From Octopus sinensis (lineage: Eukaryota): a stretch of 64,000 nucleotides of DNA. Made by a program: the position numbers and the translations under genes. The stretch is from contig NC_042997.1 of the NCBI RefSeq assembly GCF_006345805.1, positions 56,916,001 through 56,980,000 on the forward strand, given 5' to 3'. Positions 26,676 through 40,454 of this stretch are shown here, in pieces. Every line of letters starts with the position of its first letter. Position 1 is the stretch's first letter. The notes under the pieces are model-generated. The model saw only the letters and a list, made by a program, of their open reading frames with translations. It made no database searches and was not told where the DNA came from.

Positions 26676-27119
26676 AAAATAGAGGAATAACAAGCTTTAA
26701 ATCTTAAATCTCTTGGTAGCATACATTATAATAAAGTTAGGATGATCTCAGCTATAAATTCCAAATAAATGCTTATTCAAAAGTTATACATTTACAACAA
26801 TTACTTGTAAATAATTCAGCAACTGCCAGGCCAATTAGTATTATAAATACATGTGTGTCATGAGTATTTGTGGTCAATAAAATACGATAAACATGTTCTA
26901 TAGCTGAATAAATGGAGTAAAAGAAGAAATAAATGAATAAAGTAGATAAAATGCACGAGATAATTAGAAGTCAATAATGTAACTGACCAACTGGTAAGCA
27001 GTTGGAAGTCTATCATTAATACTGCACTGCATCACATACAGTTAGTATTCAATATACTATCATTCTTCTTTTACTTGAATCATTTATTGAAATATGGTCA
27101 TCATATGGGGAATCACCTT

Positions 27120-27520
27120 GAAGAGTTTTAGTCAAACAAATTGACCTCAGTGCTTATTTTTTAAGTTTGGTACTTATTCTATTGATCTCTTTTGCCAGAC
27201 TGCTAAGTTATGGGGATATTAACAAACCGACATTAGTTGTCAAGCAGTATGTGTGTGTAGGGGGAACAAATAGACACACATACACACACACATGAACACG
27301 CACACATGCGATGGTGCGCGTGCACATATACACACATGCACGCACGCACGTGCACACACACACACACACACACACTTGATGGACTTCCAGACAGTTTCCA
27401 TGTACCAAATTCACTCACAAGGCATTGGTTGGTTTGGGGCTATAGTAAAGGACACTTGTCCAAGGTGCCATGCAGTAGAACTGAATCTGAAGCCATGTGG
27501 TTGCAAAGCCATATCGGCAC
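27120..27520 (-). mobile_element. SINE family 1, degenerate
   Basis: Same consensus as 8011-8420. Confidence 0.75.
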
Positions 27521-30500
27521 CTGTATTGCTGCCGATAGTATCATACAAGTACACAGTCTGTAGGGAGTATATCTTATTAAAGGAAACGGTATATCCTTTT
27601 TCCTGATGTCAACAGAATTATTGTTGATACAAAAAAGTATATAAATAAAACAAATATCAAAACATTAATTAAATTATATCATCATCATCATCATCATCAG
27701 TAGCAGCAGCAGCAACAAAAGCAACAGTGGTGGTAGCATCATTTCCATGTCTGCTTTCTAAGTAGGCATTGATTGGATGGTTTGACAGAATCTAGTGGAT
27801 CTAGCTCCAGTGTCTCATTTTGGCATGGCTTCAATGACTATTTGCACTTCCTAATGCCAACTACTTTATAGAGTGCACTGCATGCTTTTTTTCCATGGGA
27901 TCAGCACTAATGAGGTTGCTTTGTAACTCACAAGACTGATGAGTCACATTTCTTAAGAGGGAGAATAGGGGAGAGAGTGGTTGCTCTAAGTGAAAGATTG
28001 AAAAGTTAATGTATGATAGGAGAAACTGGGTAAGGTTTTTGTAGGGGAGAGTCATAGATATTTTGTAGTATACATAGATGGTGCCACAAAGAGAGGTGAA
28101 TAATTTGGTGATGAGGTGTCAGAGGATACCCTCAAGGTAACATGGCCAAGAAGATGAAAAAAAATGAGCACAAAGACAGGAGAATCAGCAAGGGTGGCTG
28201 AGGTCGCAAAGAGGGTGAGGGGAGGGTGAGAGATGGATATAAACATGGGGTGAAGGTAGTATGAAGTATATAGGATGTAAAGTAGAGAATGATAAACAGG
28301 AGCAGGAGGCAATCATTGATGAATATGAGTGGAATGAAGAACTATAAAGTTAATGGACAAATGTCAGTTGGGAGTACCTTGGAAGAGAAAGGGTAGTGAT
28401 TGGCAGGACGAAATTGATGATATGAAATGGTTTTTAGTTTTAGGCTCTTTGTTCATTATTTACGTCCCCCAGAATAAGACAGTAGATAGGAAAGTGATGG
28501 GGGGATTGAGTGATAGAGAGAAGATGGGTGCAATTAAAGGATGCAAGAGTGACAGGGTGGGAGAGTGAGAAATGAATAAAATAGTGGAGTCAGATAATGG
28601 TAAAAATGATGGCAAATATGTGTAGGTAAGGGGAATACATACAGGAATAAAAACATGTAAATAAATGAATAAATAAATAAATATGTATTATAATGCAAGT
28701 GACTGAGTATTCTACAGATACATACACTTTGTAGTTTTCAGGAAGAATCAATGTGACAAGATTGTCCTTTTCAAATACATGTACAGTCCATCTGATAGGC
28801 TTACAGTTTCTATCAACCCAATTTCACTCATAAGGCTCAAGCCAACCTGAGTTTGTCGTGAAGGATGCTTGCCCAAGATGTCATCTAATAGGATTCAAGC
28901 TCATGATTGTGAAGTTAACTTCTTAACCACTTGGTTAAGTAAGTGAGAGTTAAGACTTATAGGCAGAAAAAGCTGATAGTGCTAGCCTTTATTTTTCCTT
29001 TAACAGATGATACTAACTTTCATTGAATGCAGTTTATTTATTTATATAAATGTTGGAGTGATCGATGAAATGTTTCAGAATAATGTCAGTTTCATTTCTA
29101 CGTCTAAATACTGGCAGAATAATTTTTATCTTGTATTCTGGAATTTATCAAGAAGATTATTATCAAACAGTAGGCTTAATTCAGCTGGTTATACCCTTCC
29201 ATTCAAAAATGTAAGACCATGCATCAATATAAAAAAATCATTTGTTTATAATCATAAGAATACTGAATTAACAGAATCAGTAGAGTACTGAACCAAAATG
29301 TGTTGGTGATTGTTATATCTCTATGTTCAGTTTCAAATGAGGTTAACTTTGCTTTCATTCCTTAGGAGGTAGATAAAATAATTAACAGCCAAGTACTGGA
29401 TTCAATATGATTGACTGTTCCGCCCAGCCATCAAATATTGGATTGTGTCTATGTTACAAACCATTAATTATTAACATATGAATTTAGAATTTCTCTAAGG
29501 AATATATACATCATATATTCATATCTCTACTTTCTATACAATTGCCTACCCACGAAATATCTGACCTTGTATCTGAGTTAGAAACCATTACTTATAGACA
29601 TAAGAATTTAAGATTTCTCAATGGAATATACCCTTCATTTATTTATTTTTCTGTTTCCTATACAACTTTCTATTCAATTGTTTTAATCAGATAAAAACTG
29701 GATAAGTCCATTTTAATGTTAAAACTTCATTCTATATTTTTCTTTTGTGTTTGTAGCTTTTAGCATTTTGAATTAAAACTCTCAAATGTGTATAGGTCAA
29801 TTTGAAGAGATATAAGAAATTTGATATATTAGTCTACCATGTGATGTTGTTGTGAGAGTAGCTTTTCTTCAATGAATAAAGTTCAGAGTCTGCTCTGGAA
29901 TTTCGTTGAACAAGGAAATAACTGTCAGAAACTTCAGCAAGCATAGCATACTTTTACCATTTTCAAAAAATTCTCACATCAAGCAGAGAATTTAGGATAC
30001 ACTATACATTTACAAGTAGTAAACATGTCTGTATATGTATATATGTATGTACGTATGTATGCATGCTTGTATTCATATATGTATACACATGTGTATGTTT
30101 GTGTATGTGTATGTATGTATCTATGTATTTATGTATGAAATATATATACAAGAAATTGTAGTATGTATGCATGTATATATGTTCTTTTTCTTTGAGTTAA
30201 GTAAGTTCTTCTTAGAGTGTTCGAGCCAGTCACTAACAAAGTAATGACTTTTTAGTTAAGAGAGTTTCTGGTGTTTGTAAAAATGCAGCTGAGTTGGGTG
30301 CTGGTTGAGCTATTGATGCACACATCTATTCACTTAAAGGATCTCAGATGGAGAATCATTGAAATGTCTTATCATTGTCCCATTAATAGAGTGGATTTGG
30401 AAAATCTGCATAAATTTCTTTTGCTCTTTCTATAAAAAACTTGGTATTTTAAAGTTTTTGTGTAAATTTGTAGGTACATAGGCTAATGCATCTAATGATG

Positions 30501-31004
30501 ATAGGTATAAATGAGAATTTATAGTGAGGGTAGGGTACAATAGCTGTAAATTCTGCATTAATTCATTATGACCATTATCATCATCATTTAACATCTGTCT
30601 TCCATGCTGACATGGGTTGGACATTTTGACAGGAGCTGGAAAGCCAGGGGACTGCACAAAGCTCCACTATCTGTTTTGGCATGGTTTTTACAGCTGGATA
30701 CCTTTCCTAATGCCAACCTTCTTGTATTTATGTATGTGTGTATGTATGTATGTATGTATGTATGTATGGATGTATGTATGTATGTATGTATGTGTGTGTG
30801 TGTGTGCATGTGTGTGTAGGGATTTCTCCACCTGTATACTGGCAAGGGGAACGAATGCAGTCAACTTCTGAATAAAAGAGGTATATTTCATTAAAAAGAT
30901 GACACCCAGCCTTAACCACTGCAATAGATTTAACGACTAGAGATTCATGTACTGCTTCCAGACCCTTTGACCAACGCCAGTAATAACCACCATAAAAACA
31001 TAGA

Positions 31005-31047
31005 ACATCTGATGAAGGATCTTTGATCCCAAAGCGCTAACGAATGT
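31005..31047 (+). ncRNA. Degenerate minimal hammerhead (G12->C, weak stem I)
   Basis: ACAT-CTGATGA-A-GGATC(TTT)GATCC-CAA-AGCGCT-A. Confidence 0.45.
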
Positions 31048-31152
31048 GAACTTAACTGAACAACTGGTAACAAGGCTATACACAGGTCACATACTTCTTT
31101 CTTTCTTTCTTTCTTTCTTCTCTCTCTCTCTCTCTCTCTCTTTCTTTTTTTC

Positions 31153-31185
<33 letters not shown>

Positions 31186-31459
31186 GAAAATTTTAGGTAT
31201 TTTCTTTTTCTGCATTTTCCAAAAACTTCTTTGAAGGTTTTTTTGAAGTTTATGTATCCTATTAAAATCTCACCCTTCCACACTCACCATCTGTCTTGTT
31301 CATAAATGATTTTGACTTCAGTTAACTTCTCTTGACTTAGCTTAGCTTACCCTGATTTATTCAGATAAAATATTTCACCCTCTTCTTTCACCTTCTCAAC
31401 CTTTCCTGCTAACAGCATTACCCTGTTGTCTTTCTAGACTATGACTATGTTGCCTGAGA

Positions 31460-34431
31460 TACACCAGCCTACCAGCCACCTAGTCACCTACCGATCGGGC
31501 CAAGATACCAGCCAAATTGACTACATCCTTGCCAGGCAAAGGGAGAGATGGCTACTTATAAATGCCAAAACCTTCCCAGGCGAAGAATGTACCCCACAAC
31601 ATAGACTGGTAGTTAGTGACTTTAGGATCAGGACTAGGAGGACAACCAGAAGATGACCAACATGGAGAAGAAGGATCTGGAAGCTTAAAGATCCTGCGAA
31701 TGGACAGAGATTTAGGGACATGCTACTTGAAGCCTTTGACAAAGTAGAAGGGGATAGAGTATCACATGGGGTAGAGGGCAACTGGACGTTTCTAAGGGAC
31801 AACCTGCTGAGAGCCACTGACCAGATCTGTGGCTGGTGCAAAGTCCCCTCTCGTCCCAAGGTAGCGTCGTGGTGGAACAGTGTTGTAGACAGGGCTATTA
31901 GAGAAAAGAGACAGACTTGGAAGCACTGGAAGAATGGTGGTAGCAGGGAATTGTATCAGACTGCTAAAAGGGAAGCTAGGAGACAGGTCTATCTAGCCAG
32001 AGGGGAAGCAGATAAGAAAAAATTTGCCAATGTTCTGCACCGTGAAGACCAAAGACTGGAGGTGTTTCGCATTGCAAGACAGTGTGTGAGAGTGAATTGT
32101 GATGTGGTAGGAGAGAAGTGTGTTCGCATGGAAGATGGTTCACTTGCGCTAAATGAGGATGCAAAGAGAGAGGTTTGGAGACGCCACTATGAAAGGTTGC
32201 TGAATAAAGAGAATGAATGGGATAAAGAGAGTCTGCCGAATGTTGACCCAACAGAGGGACCAGCTATCAGAGTTGATAGTTCCTTGGTAGTTAAGGCAAT
32301 TAGAAGCATGAAGACAGGGAAAGCCCCAGGCCCATCAGGTATCACTGCAGAGATGCTCAAAATATCTGGTAGTGTCGGCTATAGCCTAGTCACCCGTATA
32401 GTTAATCAGGTGATACACGAAGGAGTCATACCCAATGACTGGTGTAGCATCATAATAGTCAACTGCTACGAAGGTAAAGGTGATGCCCTAGATACAAATA
32501 ATTACAGAGGTATCAAGCTGTTGGATCAGGTAATGAAGGTTACAGAGAGGGTCATAGCCCAACTAATTAGAGAGAGAGTTAGTTTAGATGAGATGCAGTT
32601 TGGGTTTGTGCCAGGGAAAAGGAACACTGATGCTATATTCCTGATAAGGCAGCTGCAGGAGAAATACCTAGCCAAAGATAAGCCCCTGTACCTGGCTTTT
32701 GTTGATCCCTCATCTGGTGGTCAATGAGGAAACTAGGGATAGATGAATGGTTAGTGAGAGCTGTGCGAGCCATGTACAGGGACGCTGCTAGTAAGGTGAG
32801 GGTTGGCAACGAGTACAGTGAAGAATTCCGGGTAGAGGTAGGGGTCCACCAAGGCTCAGTCCTCAGCTCCCTCCTATTTATCATAGTCCTCCAGGCAATA
32901 ACGGAGGAATTCAAGACAGGATGCCCCTGGGAGCTCCTCTATGCTGATGACCTTGCTCTAATTGCTGAGTCACTATCAGAACTGGAGGAGAAGTTTCAGG
33001 TGTGGAAGCAAGGTTTAGAATCGAAGGGCCTTAGAGTCAATCTAGCTAAAACCAAAGTCGTAATAAGTAGGAAGGTAGACCAATCACGAACGCCTTCAGG
33101 TAGATGGCCCTGCTTGATCTGTAGAAAAGGTGTAGGTAGAAACTCTATAAGATGCACCAAGTGTAAGCTATGGACACATAGGAGGTGCAGCAATGTCAAA
33201 GGAAGGCTAACTAGGAAGATGGTTTTTGTATGTGGCAGATGCTCGGGAGCATTAACCTCTGAAAATCTGCAGAAAACAACTTCCGTCACTTTCCAGGGGG
33301 AAAAACTAGAAGTAGTTGATAGCTTCCGTTATCTTGGTGACTAAGTCAGGAGTGGGGGTGGGTGTGCTGAAAGTGTAACAGCTATAGTAAGAATAGCCTG
33401 GGCAAAGTTTAGGGAGCTCTTACCTCTGCTGGTGACTAAAGGCCTCTCGCTCAGAGTAAAAGGCAGACTGTATGATGCATGTGTACGAACAGCCATGCTA
33501 CATGGCAGTGAAACATGGGCCGTGACTGCTGAGGACATGCGTAAGCTCATGAGAAATGAAGCCAGTATGTTCCGATGGATGTGTAATGTCAGTGTGCATG
33601 CTCGACAGAGCATTAGTACCCTGAGAGAAATGTTGGACCTAAGGAGCATCAGTTGTGGTGTGCAAGAGAGACGATTGCGCTGGTATGGTCATGTGGCGAG
33701 AATGGATGAAGATAGGTGTGTGAAAATGTGCCAATCCCTAGCAGTGGAGGGAACCCGTGGAAGAGGTAGACCCAGGAAAACTTGGGACGAGGTGGTGAAG
33801 CATGGCCTTCGAACTTTAGGTCTCACTGAGGAAATGACCAGCGACCGAGACCTTTGGAAATATGCTATGCGTGAAAAGACCAGGCAGGACAAGTGAGTCC
33901 AGCCCACTTATGCATGCCTTTCCTCCCTTGGACACACAAAGACCTGTTGAGGCAAGCGAAGTCGATATCGAACCTCATCCGACGACAGGCACCTATGCCA
34001 ACACCCCTTTGCTTGCGAAGACATGTTGGGGCAAGTGAAATCGAAATCGGAATCGAAATTGAACCAATCCTATGACTGGCACCTGGCAGATGCCAGGACC
34101 CCTGGACTGGAGATACGTAAAAAGCACTATCCGAATCGTGGCCGATGCCAGCGCCGCCTCGACTGGCTTCCGTGTCGGTGGCACGTAAAAAGCACCATCT
34201 GAATCGTGGCCGATGCCAGCCTCGCCTGGCACCAGTGCAGGTGGCACGTAAAAAGCACCCACTACACTCACGGAGTGGTTGGCGTTAGGAAGGGCATCCA
34301 GCTGTAGAAACATTGCCAGATAAGACCGGAGCCTGGTGCAGCCTTCTGGCTTCCCAGATCCCCGGTCGATCCGTCCAACTCATGCTAGCATGGAGAACGG
34401 ACGTTAAACGATGATGATGATGATGATGATG

Positions 34432-34432
<1 letters not shown>
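31460..34432 (+). mobile_element. 5'-truncated RTE-clade LINE (end of APE, RT, PHD-like finger, 3'UTR, (GAT)n tail)
   Basis: ORFs 31441-31656 (QIDYIL..HRLVV), 31720-32727, 32724-33344 (VHQGSVLS, LYADDL) and 33432-33896. Stops and a deletion near 32705 are present. Confidence 0.95.
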
Positions 34433-34495
<63 letters not shown>

Positions 34496-34984
34496 CACAC
34501 ACACACATACATATATATATACATATATATATGCATAGATATATAAATATATCAACATCACCACCACCACTATCATCACCATCATCATCATCATCATTAT
34601 CATAAGGTTTGACAGGATCTGATGTGTCCAAGGACTGCATCAAGCTCCAATGTCTGCTTTGGCATGGTTTTTATGGCATCACGGAGTGGTTGGCATTAGG
34701 AAGGGCATCCAGCTGTAGAAACACTGCCAGATCAGACTGGAGCCTGGTGCAGCCCCTGGTTTCCTAGACCCCAGTCGAACCGTCCAACCCGTGCTAGCGT
34801 GGAAAACGGATGTTAAACGATGATGATGATGATGATGCCCTTCCTAATGCCAACCATGTCCTGTGTACCAAATTGCACTTACAATGAGTATAATCTGGTT
34901 GTCAATATGTGACATCATGGAATTAATCTCAGAACCAATTGATTATTTATTTTATTGAATTTATTCATTCTTTATCTATTCCTT

Positions 34985-35195
34985 TCTCTCTTTTTACTTG
35001 TTTCAGTCATTTGACTGCGGCCATGCTAGAGCTCCACCTTTAGTCGAGCAAATCGACCCCAGGACTTATTCTTTGTAAGCCCAGTACTTATTCTATCGGT
35101 CTCTTTTGCCGAAATGCTAAGTAACGGGGACGTAAACACACCAGCATCGGTTGTCAAGCAATGCTAGGGGGACAAACACAGGCACACAAACATAT

Positions 35196-35226
<31 letters not shown>

Positions 35227-35400
35227 CACAAATACGACAGGCTTCTTTCAGTTTCCATCTACCAAATCCACTCACAAGGCATTGGTCTTCCTGAGGCTAT
35301 AGCAGAAGACACTTGCCCAAGATGCCACACAGTGGGACTGAACCCGGAACCATGTGGTTTGTAAGCAAGCTTCCTACCACACAGCCACCCCTGCGCCTAT
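34985..35400 (-). mobile_element. SINE family 1, full length
   Basis: Same consensus as 8011-8420. Confidence 0.85.
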
Positions 35401-36979
35401 GAAGCTAACACAGAGAAAAACAGGTGATTGACTCATCAAGGTAAAAGACAACCAGTTATGAGCTTGGCAGTTTATTTGTTGCTTTACAATGCTGGACTGG
35501 CCATGTTGTTAAGAATTTTCAAGCTTCACAATTACTTGATTTTACTATGTAACACCTTTGGCAAGTGCCTTCTACCATAGACAGAGTTTGATTCATTGGG
35601 CCCTTTAAGATTTAAAAAAACCATTAAATTTAACTGGATCCCTCTGAATCTACCAAGGCCATTTAAAGTTTTGGGACCTCTTCAAACTGTTTGGTGCCCT
35701 TAAATTTAATGCCTTCTTTATTATCATGTTATGTTTTGAATTAACAAAATTATAGGGGTCTCAAAACCTATTGACCCAGGAGCTCCACTAGGTCTGAATC
35801 CAGCTCTGACTATAGACCTGGGTCGACCTAAGCCTTCTAAAGGAAATTTGATTTATAGAAACTGTACATAAACCTATCAGATGATTTGTGCTTTGTTTCA
35901 GGATCTCTATCATATCATTAATGGTGCCTATAAACTGCAGTTAGTACACAAGCAACAACAAAAGATTAAAAAATTTTCCCAAAGTTATTTAAAACTGTAT
36001 GATAAATTCAATCCATTTATTGTAATCTATTTTTATTGTATATAATACAATAAAAAGAGGTTGTCACAACAATGCAGTTTTCAAAAATATTAGCATCTTT
36101 TCTTAAAGCCTAGTGCACAATGAACAGTCATAGCTATGAAACTAAAATGTAAGAATAATGTTATCTAATATTGTATGAGTCAGGTGATTTGGCTAAGTGA
36201 TAATACTAAAAACAATGCAACTTAGATAAATACTTGTTCAAAAATGGAAATAAATATAATGCAGCTCTGTAATCCACTGTAATGAAATTACTTAGATTAT
36301 TGTTCTGATTAAACTAATCATAAAACACTTGTCAAAAAAGAAAAATATTACGAATTTCTGATTCTCCAACTTATTATCTTCTTGACAAAACTACCAGCTT
36401 TTTTTATACAACTACCAGCTTTTTTTATACAACACATCTGTGATGATTAAGGATCCTTCACTGCAAATTACCATCGTTTTAACATCAACTTTTCCAATGG
36501 AATTTACTGAGACAGATTTTCTACAGCCAGATATCCTTCCTGTGATTGACCCTCACCTGTTTCCAAGTACAGTAATACTTCTCCATGGCTGAACATGTTC
36601 TTGCAGAATATTAGAAATTAATGTCACTGCTTGTATGACAGTGACAATCATTTGCAACTATCATGTGATGTCAAGACAAAGAGACACAAGCATACTCACT
36701 CATATACTCACCCACACACACATGCATATACATCATCGTCATCATCATTTAACATCCCTTTTTCTATGCTGACCTTTTTTCTGTGTGTGTGTGTGTCTGT
36801 GTGTCTATGTGTATAATGTATGTATGTATATATGCATGTATGCATAGATGTCAGTATGTATTATATATACAATGGGCTTCTTTCAGTTTTCATGTACCAA
36901 ATCCACTCACAAGGCTATGGTAGCCTATAGCTATAATAGAAGATATTTGCTCAATGTGCTATACATTCACACAACTAGC

Positions 36980-38640
36980 AATTCATTCTTGTGTCACCCC
37001 ATATTAGTTCCTGCTGAGTAAACTCATGGTATATAGGTCAAACAGTAAAGTACAACGTACTGCCTGACTACTGTTTTTGACATATTCCTCTGTCAACTTG
37101 ACAGCTGCACTACATATACTGAGATGTATTGGGTCATCCCATAAATGATGCAGTTTTTTTTTACTTCTTTTATTTTTCAAAATTGAGATAAACAAAGTTC
37201 TTTTTTAATCTAAAATATACTCTCCTTCATTTTCTACAATGCTCTTCCATCTCTCTGGTAGACTTGCAAGGCCCCTCTTCTAAAATTCACCAGTCTGTGA
37301 CAAAAAATACTCCTCCAGTACTGTTCTGACCTAGTCTACAGAATTCATATTTTCTCCATCCAAATGGTTTTGAAGACTGTGGAATAAATGATAATCAGAT
37401 GGGACAATGTCCAGCAAATATGGTGGATGGGGCATCATTTCCCATTCAAACTGCTCCAGCCTTTCAAATGTCATGCTCGCTGTATGTGGCTGAGCATTAT
37501 CCTGATGGAAGAACACCTTGCACCTTGAAACCAAAGATGGTCGTTTCATTTCTAGCACTGACTTAAGCTGCTTGAGCTGCTCACAGTAGGTCCCCTTTGT
37601 TATCATTTAGTTTGGGTTTAAAAGTTCAAAGTGGACTAACCCTTTCATACCTTACAAAACAGATAACAACACCTTACGTAAGTGAAAACTTTCTTTAGTC
37701 TGGGGTGCCAGTGTTTCTCCTTTCCCTAACCACTGTCTTCAGCACTTGACATTTTTATAGAGAACCCACTTCTCGTCACCAGTCACTATTCGGTTCAAAA
37801 AAGGTTTATTCGTGAGATGTGACAGCAAAAAAATCACACATTCATTCTCTGCATGCGATTAGACTTGGAAAGTTTGTAAGGAACCCATTGACCCATTTTA
37901 CTGACTTTTGCAATTGCATGCAGGTGTTGATGAATGGTTGAATGACCAAATTCAAGCTTCTCTGCTAGTTCCTCAATACTTACGATGGGATTTTGTTCCA
38001 CCAGACTTTGCAGGACGTCCTCATCAAGAGCTACAGATCTTCCAGGATGAGGCTTGTCTTCTAGACTGTAGTTTCTGGTTCAGAATTTCTGGAACTACCA
38101 TTGACACTGGCTTACACTTATTGTTTGATCCCTATATACTACATTAATATTCCTTGCACTCTCCATTGCGTTATTGCCTTTATTGAACTCATAAAGCAAA
38201 ATATGCTGAATATGCTCCTTTGTCACTTCCATTATAGCTTTGAAAAAATAACTGTTAAAATCGAACTGCACTCTTCAAGACTTGCACTAAGAATAAGGAC
38301 AGGGTAAAATTACTACCTGCTTTTATAGCAAGTTGATGCAGGTAGTAAACTACCTGCATCAACTACCAGATAGATGGAAGATCATTGTAGAAAATGAAGG
38401 AGAGTATATTTTAGATTTTAAAAAAAACTTTGTTTATTTTAATTTTGAAAAATAAAAGAAGTAAAAAACCCACATTATTTATGGGGTGACCCAATACATC
38501 TCAGAATATGTAGTGCAGTTGTCAAGTTGGCAAAGGAATATATCAAAAATAGTAGACAGTCAGTAGGTTGTACTTTACTATTTGACCTATATACCATGAG
38601 TTTACTCAGTCAGAACTAATATGGTGTGACACAAGAATAA
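36980..38640. repeat. Inverted duplication: arms ~36980-37265 and ~38360-38640 (mariner 3' end + ~150 bp flank)
   Basis: The reverse-complement match continues well outside the TIR into flanking DNA. Confidence 0.85.
37127..38345 (-). mobile_element. Mariner (Tc1/mariner, DD34D-type) transposon relic
   Basis: TIR TATTGGGTCATCCCATAAAT at 37127. Transposase motifs HQDNAQPH and HPPYLLDIVPSDYHLF are in ORF 37331-37606. Confidence 0.9.
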
Positions 38641-38719
38641 ATTTGAAGTGATTTTGACATCATCAATGAACTAAAAGCTTGATGTTTAAAACTGATAATG
38701 TGTCAATTTTCAAAAACAA

Positions 38720-39135
38720 TAGAGCAAACTATATTTATCTAAATGTAATGAGATATAAAAAGTTGGAATATTTACATCAGATTTTATTTATAATTGCATC
38801 TGTGTAAATTTAGATTGCTTTTAATCATGTCCTCCAACTGATTTAGTTAATCAATTAAACTGATAAAGTAAACACACAGAATTTTATTTTATTCATATAT
38901 ATATATATATATCCTATAAGGTTTTATTGAAAAATATTAATAGCGTTCAGTTAATCACTATACATATCCATCATTTTCTGTTAAAATGCCTTATTGACGA
39001 GTTTCATTTCTTCACTTCCCTGAAGAGAAGATTACATTGTTTTACACCATTTTATTCCTTTGAAATAATATCAGTGATATCTTCGAAACATGTGTCGGAA
39101 GTAAAAGAATTTGCATTACACCTTCGTTAAACTCC

Positions 39136-39185
<50 letters not shown>

Positions 39186-39949
39186 TATTTAATTGTTTGT
39201 TTGTAGATTGATACCTAATTTTCATCCTGATTTCAACTTTGGAACAAAGGGTCAATTCAAATATTTCAACATCTGACCATAAAAAATCTGACTAAATGAA
39301 TTCCATCTGATCCATGTAAGCATGGTAAAGTAGACATTAAAACGATGATAATGAGGATGAAGATGATGATAGATGATGATAGATAGTAATGAAATGTTCA
39401 AGCACAAAATTCTAAAATCAAAATACTACCATTAAAATATAAGGTTTAATATCAATCACAAAAAAATTTAGTTTTCTACAAACAAAGATGAGTGAACTAT
39501 TGGAATCATGGAGAAAATTGTTATCAAGAAGTGGGGGGTAATAATGACTAAAAGGAATCTATAATTCTTGATTTTCCAAGATTTAAAACATATTTGAATC
39601 CTGAAAACACTGTAGGATTCAATTCCTAATCCCATCCTGTGAACTTTTAGTTCATACAATTGGAAAAAGCACATTATTTATGGGATGACCCCCAATAGTA
39701 ACTAATCATTTGGAATGCAGTTCCAGAGTCTAGACATATTGCCCTAGCTCCACTGTCCAGAGCAAACTATATTTATCTAAATGTAATCAGATGTAAAAAG
39801 TTGGAGTATTTACATTAGATTTTATTTATAATTGCATCTGTGTAATTTAGATTGCTTTTAATCACATCCTCCAACTGATTTAATTAATCAATTAAACTGA
39901 TAAAGTAAACACACAGAATTTTATTTTATTCATATATATATATATATAT

Positions 39950-39950
<1 letters not shown>
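38720..39950 (+). repeat. ~190-bp direct duplication (38720-38910 and 39760-39950)
   Basis: agagcaaactatatttatctaaatgtaat...gaattttattttattcatatata is present twice. Confidence 0.9.
39014..39102 (+). ncRNA. Type-I hammerhead ribozyme with intact canonical core (Penelope-like); predicted cleavage GUC after 39096
   Basis: Stem I ACUUCC(39014-19)/GGAAGU(39097-102); CUGAAGA 39020-26; stem II GAAGAU/AUCUUC; GAAAC 39085-89; palindromic ACAUGU; GUC 39094-96. Confidence 0.85.
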
Positions 39951-39990
<40 letters not shown>

Positions 39991-40413
39991 TTGTATGTAT
40001 GCTTGCTGATTCTAGTGGTTGCTCGACAAAGGTAGGCAACAAGGACTCAGATGAAGTCTGACAATTTGTGGTTCTTCAACACTCAATGTTGGTGTGAAAC
40101 CCAGCTAAGCATTGTTTGTGGGGTAGTGAAACTATTTTTGATATTGCTAGTTGTATATTGTGTGAATGTATTTTTGTTATGTTTATCTGGCTTGAGTGGG
40201 TGGCTGTGTTGATTTTAGTAGTGTTTAGGGTTGTTGTAGATAAGTTTGTTTTGATTTTGAATGATTGGACTTGCAGAGACATGAACTATAAGGATTTCAA
40301 GTTGTAGCAATGAATTGAGCCCATAACATGTCGAGGTGATCTCAGATAACTATGATATAAAGCTGGTGGATTAAATCTTAATTTTTGTTCATATATGTAT
40401 ATACATACATTTA

Positions 40414-40444
<31 letters not shown>

Positions 40445-40454
40445 GTGTGTGTTG

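Noticed and set aside
40045-40115. CAGATGA...GAAACCCAG possible hammerhead relic
   Set aside because: Core U4 is mutated and stems I and III do not pair.
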